Part shown: one piece after another, positions 56,702-64,000 of the stretch
Position numbering within the stretch: the first letter of the stretch is position 1
How the letters are laid out: each line of letters opens with the position of its first letter
Assembly (NCBI GenBank): GCA_964634945.1
Contig: CAZWMG010000008.1
Location: forward strand, 268-64,267
DNA: 64,000 bases
Reading direction: 5' to 3'
Source: an uncultured Planctomycetia bacterium
GTDB taxonomy: Bacteria > Omnitrophota > Gorgyraeia > JABMRG01
The notes under the pieces: generated by a model
What the model saw: the letters and a program-made list of their open reading frames with translations, nothing else
Told to the model about the DNA's origin: nothing
Database searches by the model: none
Made by a program: the position numbers and the translations under genes

Positions 56702-58090
56702 ATGAAAAAACATAAAAAGCTGTTTCTTGTTATTGTTCTAGTGTGTGCTCAAATTATCGGATGTGCTTTGCCTGTGAAGCAAAATAACGAAAGGCCAAAT
56801 ATCATTTTAATTATTAACGATAGTTTGCGCGCAGATCGCTTAGGCTGCTATGGATATGGTAATGAAATCAGTCCTAATATAGATAAGTTAGCCCATGAAG
56901 GCGCACTCTTTACAAATGCTATTAGTCAAGCAGGGTATACACTGCCTTCTATCGCCTCCATCTTAACATCTAAATCTCCTCTAGCGCATGGGGCATATAC
57001 ACAATACCATAGATTGGGCAATGAAGAGAATACATTGGCAGAAATATTAAAGAGAAATGGTTACAAAACAGTCGCCTTTGTTGGAGGAGGGTATACAAGC
57101 AAAATATATGGATTAGATCAGGGCTTTGATATATATGAGGAAACTTATTGGGGAAGAATAGAGGAAGTCAATGGATTAGCGTTTGATTGGTTAAAGAACA
57201 ATAAGGACAAACCATTCTTTCTAATGTTGCATCACTATACAACCCATGACCCTTACGAGCCGCCAAAGCCTTTCAGCCGATTGTACGCGGACGTTGGCTA
57301 TAAAGGTATATATAGGGAGATGTTTTTAAATTATCTCTGCCTGGGAAAGATTAACAAAGGTGAGTTAAAAGTAGATAAGGCTGATATTCAGTATATTATT
57401 TCACAGTATGATGGAGATGTAAGCAATTGTGATCAGCGCCTAGGCGAGCTATTTAAATTGCTTAAAGATTTAAATTTGTATTCTAATTCTATTATCATAT
57501 TAACTGCTGATCATGGTGAAGACTTGATGGAGCACAATACTTTCTCTCATGGCGATATTTACGATCAGATTATACGCATACCATTAATTTTTAGGTATCC
57601 TCATATGCCTGCAGAGAATAGAAAGATAGATTCTGATATTGAGGCGATAGACATATTCCCTACGGTTTTGGATATTTTGCAAATCAATATACAAAAATAT
57701 TGGGATATAGAAGGATCCAGTTTTTTGCCCCTACTCTTAGGTGGGAGAGGCCCAGGAGAGCGCTTAATATTCAGCCTGGGCCATGACATAGAAAAAAATA
57801 TGCGTATATCATTAAGAAGTCAGGATTTTAAAATAGTTTTTGTATTGGATAAGCGTAGCTGGTTTTTGCCGGCATCGAAATTAGAAATAGAACGTGTTGA
57901 ATTTTACAATCTTAAAAAAGACCCGGAGGAGTTAGTAGATTGCGCTTATACAGAACCAGAAAGGTGCTTGGATTTAAAGAGAAAATTACTCAAATATCTA
58001 GATACAATAGATACGATTTTAGGCAAAAATGAAATTGTGATGGATGAAGGAACCAGGAGTAGATTAAAATCATTAGGTTATCTTCAATGA
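56702..58090 (+). CDS. Sulfatase-like hydrolase/transferase (alkaline phosphatase superfamily, PF00884-like) with a lipoprotein-like signal
   Basis: Signal peptide ending in Cys (VLVCAQIIGCA). PNIILIINDSLRADRLGCYGY is a metal-binding N-terminal motif of the sulfatase family, and TADHGE is present downstream. Confidence 0.65.
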   Translation: MKKHKKLFLVIVLVCAQIIGCALPVKQNNERPNIILIINDSLRADRLGCYGYGNEISPNIDKLAHEGALFTNAISQAGYTLPSIASILTSKSPLAHGAYTQYHRLGNEENTLAEILKRNGYKTVAFVGGGYTSKIYGLDQGFDIYEETYWGRIEEVNGLAFDWLKNNKDKPFFLMLHHYTTHDPYEPPKPFSRLYADVGYKGIYREMFLNYLCLGKINKGELKVDKADIQYIISQYDGDVSNCDQRLGELFKLLKDLNLYSNSIIILTADHGEDLMEHNTFSHGDIYDQIIRIPLIFRYPHMPAENRKIDSDIEAIDIFPTVLDILQINIQKYWDIEGSSFLPLLLGGRGPGERLIFSLGHDIEKNMRISLRSQDFKIVFVLDKRSWFLPASKLEIERVEFYNLKKDPEELVDCAYTEPERCLDLKRKLLKYLDTIDTILGKNEIVMDEGTRSRLKSLGYLQ

Positions 58091-59091
58091 GTTCGTTTAA
58101 TGGCACGAATATTTTAATAACAGGGGCCACTGGTTTTGTTGGAAGTCATTTAGTAAAAGCGTTATTAGAACATCGCCCTAAGATTAAAATAAATGTGTTT
58201 ATCAGAAAAACAAGTGATATATCCCGCTTGAATGGCTTGGGCAATATTGGTTATTTATATGGAGATTTGCGGGACAAGCACTCCTTAGAAAAATCTCTTA
58301 AAGATGTTGACGTAGTTTTTCATCTTGCGGGTATTTTGGGTAAGCACGGTGTTCCAAGAGCTAATTATTATGCTGTTAACGCAGAAGGCACCAGAAACAT
58401 TCTCCAGGCATGTGTGAAAAATGGACAGATAGGGCAATTTATATACTTAAGCAGCGCAGGTGTCCTGGGCCCTAATGTTAAAAATGCGGATGAAATGTAC
58501 CCACTTAATCCATCAAATGTGTATGAAAGAACCAAGGCAGAGGCAGAGGAGATAGCGTCTTATTATTATACCAAAATGAAAGTTCCTGTTACCATTCTCA
58601 GGCCCGAGTTTCTTTATGGCCCAGGTGACATGCATGTGCTCGGATTGTTTAAGGTTATTCAGAATAGAGTATTTTTTCTTATAGATAACGGGCAAAGTTT
58701 TCTGCACCCTACTTATATAGACGATCTAGTCAAGGCTTTGCTTAAGTGCTTTGACAATGCAGATACCATAGGCAAGGTTTATCTGATAGCGGGTGATAGG
58801 CGTGTTACGGTAAAAGAGTTTGCGAACATTATAGCCGAGTGTTTACATGTTAGACATATTAATAGATCGTTATCTAAAAAGTCAGCTTTGCATATAGCAA
58901 AGGCGCTTGAACCGATATCTGGCTTTTTAAGATTAGATCCGGCGCTTACAGAATCAAGGGTCAAGTTTTTTACAGAAAGTAGAAGTTACAATACCTCTAG
59001 GGCAAAGAATGAAATCGATTTTAAGCCGATACCTATTGAAGAAGGTATAAAAAGAACGATAGAGTGGTATAAGTTTAAAAGGTATTTATAA
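58087..59091 (+). CDS. NAD-dependent nucleotide-sugar epimerase/dehydratase (extended SDR)
   Basis: ILITGATGFVGSHLVKALL carries GxxGxxG, with a YxxxK in ...YERTKAEAE. Confidence 0.8.
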   Translation: MSSFNGTNILITGATGFVGSHLVKALLEHRPKIKINVFIRKTSDISRLNGLGNIGYLYGDLRDKHSLEKSLKDVDVVFHLAGILGKHGVPRANYYAVNAEGTRNILQACVKNGQIGQFIYLSSAGVLGPNVKNADEMYPLNPSNVYERTKAEAEEIASYYYTKMKVPVTILRPEFLYGPGDMHVLGLFKVIQNRVFFLIDNGQSFLHPTYIDDLVKALLKCFDNADTIGKVYLIAGDRRVTVKEFANIIAECLHVRHINRSLSKKSALHIAKALEPISGFLRLDPALTESRVKFFTESRSYNTSRAKNEIDFKPIPIEEGIKRTIEWYKFKRYL

Positions 59092-59106
59092 ACAGCAATT
59101 TTATAA

Positions 59107-60234
59107 ATGTGTATGTACAAAAATAATATATTGAAAATAATTTATTACTGGATATTTGGTTGCTTATTTAGGTTGCCGCTTCACTTTGATGTTATGCCAA
59201 TAAATTTGACCTTATCAGTAACAAATAGATGTAATGCGAAATGCAGAACATGCAATATATGGAAGATATATATTGATAATCCTGATTTAGTCAAGCAAGA
59301 GCTTGATTTAGGGGAGTGGGAGAGCATACTTAAGTCTATTGGAAGCTCGCCTGTATGGATTACAATAAGTGGAGGAAATCAGTTTTTACGGAATGATCTT
59401 GTTACTATAATAGGGTACGCTGTAAAATATTGCAGGCCCTCGATAATCAATATCCCGGTGAGTGGAATATTGCCTGAAAAGATTTACGCAAAAACGGAAG
59501 AGATTCTTGAAATATGTAAAAAAAATAAGGTCAGATTGATTATGAACGTATCACTAGACGGCATTAATGAGAAGCAGGATGAAATAAGAGGCTTTAGAGG
59601 TGCTTTCACAAAGACGATAGAGACCTATAGAAAACTCCAAGAATTGCGAGATAGGTATAATAATTTTAGTGTAGGTGTATATACCGTGATTTCCGAATTT
59701 AATGTGAATAATATCCCTGTTATATGTGATTTAGTATATAATAATCTTAAGCCTGACACCTATGCCATAGAAATAGCTGAACCGCGAAAAGAATTAGGCA
59801 ATCTTTTCGCTGAGATTACTCCGACTGCCGGAGCTTACAGAGACGCTGTTAACTATTATCAAAAGAAATTTGAAAAAAAGAACGATGGTATCCTGTATTT
59901 AAAGCAATTGATGCGAAGAAGATATTATTTTCTGATTGAAAAAGGCACCAAAGTCCCATGCCGCGCCGGAATAATCTCAGCGCAGATATCACCTTATGGC
60001 AATGTTTGGCCATGTTGCACCAGGGCAGAGGTAATGGGAAATTTGAAAGAGACAGGATATGATTTCAGGAAAGTATGGTTTAGCAGAAAAGCCGCTATTA
60101 TAAGAAGTGCTATTAAGAAAAGGTCATGTTATTGCACCCACTCTAATCCATATTATACAAATATGTTATTTCATCCGAAAAGCCTTATGGATTTATGCCT
60201 GGATTTTTTAAAGCATTTTATGAACAACTTATAG
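59107..60234 (+). CDS. Radical SAM protein with a C-terminal SPASM/twitch-like Cys cluster
   Basis: TNRCNAKCRTCNIW carries CxxxCxxC. C-terminal CRAGIISAQISPYGNVWPCC and CYCTHS supply the additional cysteines. Confidence 0.75.
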   Translation: MCMYKNNILKIIYYWIFGCLFRLPLHFDVMPINLTLSVTNRCNAKCRTCNIWKIYIDNPDLVKQELDLGEWESILKSIGSSPVWITISGGNQFLRNDLVTIIGYAVKYCRPSIINIPVSGILPEKIYAKTEEILEICKKNKVRLIMNVSLDGINEKQDEIRGFRGAFTKTIETYRKLQELRDRYNNFSVGVYTVISEFNVNNIPVICDLVYNNLKPDTYAIEIAEPRKELGNLFAEITPTAGAYRDAVNYYQKKFEKKNDGILYLKQLMRRRYYFLIEKGTKVPCRAGIISAQISPYGNVWPCCTRAEVMGNLKETGYDFRKVWFSRKAAIIRSAIKKRSCYCTHSNPYYTNMLFHPKSLMDLCLDFLKHFMNNL

Positions 60235-60259
60235 AATATAATAAGGGGGTCGACGTTTA

Positions 60260-61456
60260 ATGCACAAAGATAATATGATATTAATAAAAGAGAAGACAAG
60301 AAGCCTATGCAATATATGCCATAATGAGATAGACGCCTCTGTTTATGAGGACAATGGAAAGGTATTTTTAGAAAAGGAGTGCCTTGCCCATGGGACAACT
60401 AAATCCATAATAGAGAAAGACACCTATTTTTATAGAAAATTAGCGCACACTAAAAAAAGAACGGAAGATAATAATTTTTACGTACTTGTCGTGCCCATAA
60501 CGTATAGGTGCAATTTAAATTGCGAGTTCTGTTTTTTGCCGCAACGGGACAAAAAGGATATGTCTTTTGACAAAATAAAAGGCATAATTTCCGGTTTTAA
60601 AGGTTATTATATTGCGCTTTCGGGCGGAGAACCTACGTTATGCGATTATCTGCCTGAAATTATTCAGTATGTACATGCTAGTGATAAAAAATCGATATTA
60701 GTTACCAATGGCCTATTGTTAAGGGACATAAATTATGTAAAGGCACTTAAAAAGGCTGGTATCGATCAGGTTGAACTTTCCTTTGATGGGTTTGGACCTG
60801 AGGCTTACGGACCATCCAAACAGCCAGAAGATATCGTTAAGGGCAAGATAGCCGCTCTAAAAAACCTGGAAAAAGAAAATATACCGACTATGCTATCTAT
60901 TACTATATATAGGAATATCAATGAGAAAGAGCTGCAAAAAGTATTTGATCTTGCGGCTAAAAGTAGCGCTGTCTTCAGATTAAAAATCAGGACATCTGTT
61001 AAGGTAGGTAAATTTAACCAAAGCATAGATAGTTATTTTATGTCGGAATTACTAGAAATGTTTTCAGATACAATAAATATAAGGCCGGGAAAGTTGTTGA
61101 GCAGTTATGCGCCTAATATTCCATATTTCAGCCCGCACGGAGTCCCTTTAAAGATTTACTACATTATTTTCAAAGGAAAGATTATAATGATTCCTTTCGC
61201 AGCAAAGGTAATCAATTTTTTCTATTATTTATCGTTTGTTTTAATGGTCCGATTTCGATTAAAAAATGTATTACCAATCGCGTATAAACTAAAGAGGAAA
61301 AAAGGGAGTTTTTTGAGGTGCCTTCATTTACAAATATGCCAATGGCCGGTTTTAGAGACTGTTGACCTTGGTGAGCTCAAAGCAGGTACCGCGCATTTTT
61401 ACGATGGACAGGTTATTAATTTTTGTCATGCTGTAATTCTTAATCAGAGATTATAA
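60260..61456 (+). CDS. Radical SAM protein with an N-terminal Cys/His zinc-ribbon-like segment
   Basis: SLCNICHNEIDASVYEDNGKVFLEKECLAHG at the N-terminus, then ITYRCNLNCEFCF (CxxxCxxC) and ALSGGEPTL (SAM-binding). Confidence 0.75.
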   Translation: MHKDNMILIKEKTRSLCNICHNEIDASVYEDNGKVFLEKECLAHGTTKSIIEKDTYFYRKLAHTKKRTEDNNFYVLVVPITYRCNLNCEFCFLPQRDKKDMSFDKIKGIISGFKGYYIALSGGEPTLCDYLPEIIQYVHASDKKSILVTNGLLLRDINYVKALKKAGIDQVELSFDGFGPEAYGPSKQPEDIVKGKIAALKNLEKENIPTMLSITIYRNINEKELQKVFDLAAKSSAVFRLKIRTSVKVGKFNQSIDSYFMSELLEMFSDTINIRPGKLLSSYAPNIPYFSPHGVPLKIYYIIFKGKIIMIPFAAKVINFFYYLSFVLMVRFRLKNVLPIAYKLKRKKGSFLRCLHLQICQWPVLETVDLGELKAGTAHFYDGQVINFCHAVILNQRL

Positions 61457-61480
61457 ATATCATTATTTAAAGGTGTTTTT

Positions 61481-63139
61481 ATGGCTAATATAAGAACGGA
61501 TTACAAAAGCAATGACTATAGCAACCAGAGAGGGCATATAGTTTCGTTTGGACTTTTACTTTTTATTATCACGGTAGGATTTATTCTGCGTATTTATAAT
61601 ATTGATCAATATCCATTGTGGTTTGATGAATTGGCATCCAACCGTTTTTCAGCAGAACTTGTTAATCTTATAACTAATTTGCATGGACACGATTCAGTTA
61701 TTGACCATTTTTCATATTATTGCAGTTCAGATCCATCCTCGATTTTCTATTATTTGATTGTATTTATTTACAGCCTTTTTTTTGAAGGCGGCCAATCATT
61801 AAGGTTCATATCAGTTATTTTTAGCGCATTTTCCTTAGTAGCATTCTATTTATTCGCTCGTTTGTTCTTAAATAAAAGGGGCAGTTTGTATGCTTTATTA
61901 ATGATGGCTATCAGCCCTTTTTATCTATGGTATGCTCAGGAGGCAAGGGTATATTCGATGGCTTGTTTCTTTGCGATTCTAACATTGTATTTTTTTGTTA
62001 GGGCGATTAGAAAAAGCAAGCCAATTTTTTGGTTTTTTTTCACGCTTTTCGCTATTTTCGCCCTATATGCCAGTTATTATTTTTCTATACTGCTTATCGT
62101 TACAGGAATAGTTGTACTGCATAAGGAATACCGACGATGCTTTAAGCTATGGATGGTTTCAGTTGCTGTTATTGTAATTTCATTTCTGCCCAGCGTATTT
62201 CTTATTAGAAGTAATTTATGCATTGTAAAAAACCAATTCTGGCTCTATTTACCAAACTTGAAGACCGTGTTTACGACATTCTCAGTTTTTAATTTTGGCT
62301 ATTCGGCTTATAAATGGCAGTATTATTTGGGCACGACCTTTTTTTTAGGGCTGCTCATTTATGGTACGTATTCATGCTGTCGGAAAAGTAAGAATGATGC
62401 AGCAGTTTTGCCAATCTTGTTTTTTATACCTCTTGCGCTAATATACGCGCTTTCTTTTTTATTCATGCCTATTTATATAGACAGGCAGCTTATTATTTTC
62501 TCCCCGCTTTATTATCTTTTGATAGTACAAGGATTGAGCAATATTAAGAGAAGATCTAGCCAAGTGATATTGGCAGTTATTGTTTTGTTTTTAATTATTT
62601 CCTCAGCTATAAATTATTACCGAGGGTTTATGCTTTCGAATTCTTATGGAAACGATTTTTATGTTGGGGTTCATTATAAGAAAGATTACCGGGGGCTAAT
62701 GGAATATATTGAGAACAATCTGAATCCCGATGACTTTATTATGGCTACAGATGCTCAGTCGTTAGTCATTGCTACTAATTATTTTAGTCCTTACATTAGT
62801 AATAAAAAGATTATAGGCATAGGGCAACTTTTTTATCCTTATATTTTAAATAGTTTTGATAGTATTAGCGCAGAGCTTGGACTCAACGAATGGGAAGTTA
62901 TTAAGGCAAGTAAGGCATTATATATTAGGTGGTTTAAAAGCGAAAAAGAATATCTTCAGAAAATAAGCCCCGATTATTTGTCCTCAAAACGCATATGGCT
63001 TATTTCTTCCACATGGGAGAGAAAGAATTATCGGAACCACAATTATTTTAAAGTAAAAGAATGTCTTTTAACGAGTCACCGGCAAGATTTGTCTATGAGC
63101 AAAGATGGTATATTTCTTGAACTTTACAATCTGGAATAG
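61481..63139 (+). CDS. GT-C family membrane glycosyltransferase (ArnT/PMT-like), paralog 3
   Basis: RIYNIDQYPLWFDELAS... and LWYAQEARVYSM match paralog 1 (MQIWYSQEARVYSM). Confidence 0.6.
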   Translation: MANIRTDYKSNDYSNQRGHIVSFGLLLFIITVGFILRIYNIDQYPLWFDELASNRFSAELVNLITNLHGHDSVIDHFSYYCSSDPSSIFYYLIVFIYSLFFEGGQSLRFISVIFSAFSLVAFYLFARLFLNKRGSLYALLMMAISPFYLWYAQEARVYSMACFFAILTLYFFVRAIRKSKPIFWFFFTLFAIFALYASYYFSILLIVTGIVVLHKEYRRCFKLWMVSVAVIVISFLPSVFLIRSNLCIVKNQFWLYLPNLKTVFTTFSVFNFGYSAYKWQYYLGTTFFLGLLIYGTYSCCRKSKNDAAVLPILFFIPLALIYALSFLFMPIYIDRQLIIFSPLYYLLIVQGLSNIKRRSSQVILAVIVLFLIISSAINYYRGFMLSNSYGNDFYVGVHYKKDYRGLMEYIENNLNPDDFIMATDAQSLVIATNYFSPYISNKKIIGIGQLFYPYILNSFDSISAELGLNEWEVIKASKALYIRWFKSEKEYLQKISPDYLSSKRIWLISSTWERKNYRNHNYFKVKECLLTSHRQDLSMSKDGIFLELYNLE

Positions 63140-63341
63140 AACAATATATTTAATTCTAATATGCCGATAAATAACGTTAGCAAATTCTAAAAAAGCGCCA
63201 AGCTTTAAGATGTTTAAATAGACATAAATAAATTTTTTAGTCTACTATGAAGTTTTATGTCTTTATGCTTGGATTTTTTAAGATATAATATAATGACATA
63301 GTTGTAAATATCAACATAAGTTACTAGATAAGGTAGATCAT

Positions 63342-64000
63342 ATGGGTGGAGGTAATTTAATATTGTTAAAGCAAAAAACAGAAAGCTTATGCAACGTATG
63401 CTATAAAGAGATAGAAGCTTCTGTTTATGCTATTAACGAGAAAGTGTTTCTGGAAAAAAATGCCCTATTCACGGAACATTTAAATCAACCGTAGAATCAG
63501 ATATCGATTGCTATAAGAGACTTGCGCATTTAAAGGATAGGCCGTTTGAGGATAAGAATTTTTGTGCGCTAGTTATACCAATAACTTATAAATGTAACTT
63601 AAATTGTGAGTTCTGTTTTCTGCCGCACCGGGAAAAGAAAGATCTGAGCCCGGAAACAGTAAAAAAAATAATCTCTAATTTTAAAGGGCCCCATATAGCG
63701 CTTTCAGGTGGGGAGCCTACATTATGTACATATTTGCCAGAGATTATCCAGCATGTACGGGCAAGAAAAAAAAAGTCGATATTAGTTACTAATGGATTAC
63801 GGTTAGTGGATATCAACTATGTTAAAATGCTTAAGAGTGCGGGCCTTGATTACGTGGAACTTTCTCTAGATGGGCTTGACTGGAGGGCTTACGAATCGCT
63901 AAAGCATCCAGAACGCGTTTTTAAAGATAAGATGGCCGCATTAAGGAATTTAGAAAAAGAAAATATACCAATTACCTTGTCGGTTACTTTATATAAAGGC
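63342..64000 (+). pseudogene. Paralog of the 60260 radical SAM gene, interrupted by a frameshift at an A7 run (63454-63460). It runs off the window end
   Basis: MGGGNLILLKQKTESLCNVCYKEIEASVYAINEKVFLEK aligns to paralog residues 1-45. The frame then stops at 63492 while the +2 frame continues CPIHGTFKS...ITYKCNLNCEFCFLP...ALSGGEPTL, co-linear with the paralog. Confidence 0.55.

Overview
This 64 kb, roughly 40% GC window is almost entirely + strand and looks bacterial (diderm, anaerobe-like). All calls rest on motif recognition by eye; no searches were run. Main blocks, in order: (1) a complete diversity-generating retroelement (DGR) at 741-7957. It has two FGE/C-type-lectin-fold target genes with identical variable repeats (VRs), a template repeat (TR) whose mismatches to the VRs fall almost only at TR adenines, an Avd-like four-helix-bundle gene and a DGR-type reverse transcriptase. 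A 713-aa secreted repeat protein and a second four-helix-bundle gene sit between the targets, and a 3367-aa giant surface protein with LVIVD repeats follows. (2) A REP-associated tyrosine transposase (RAYT, Y1/HUH transposase) flanked by REP-like palindromes; identical REP copies bracket a TPP-riboswitch-like leader upstream of a thiE-thiS-thiG-thiH-thiF-thiI-like operon. (3) An unusual F-type ATP synthase locus: atpE, a compact atpF/atpH fusion, then a small GIY-YIG gene bounded by perfect 26-bp inverted repeats and followed by a hairpin array, then atpA-atpG-atpD, then gspE, then a truncated atpC interleaved with a T2SS/type IV pilus cluster (gspF, gspG, pseudopilins, gspK-like, pilM/N- and pilO-like genes). 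(4) glnS, fbaB, gpmA (minus strand) and tRNA-Leu(GAG) (minus strand). (5) A glycan-modification cluster with three paralogous GT-C (ArnT/PMT-like) membrane transferases, a GT2, a sulfatase-like enzyme, an epimerase and three radical SAM genes, one of which is frameshifted at an A7 run. Intergenic regions carry several short tandem repeat families (heptamers TRGATRC placed directly after stop codons, octamers CAATACNC, and a conserved 27-mer after two atp stop codons). Apart from gpmA and the tRNA, the minus-strand ORFs in the six-frame track are shadow ORFs and are not reported.
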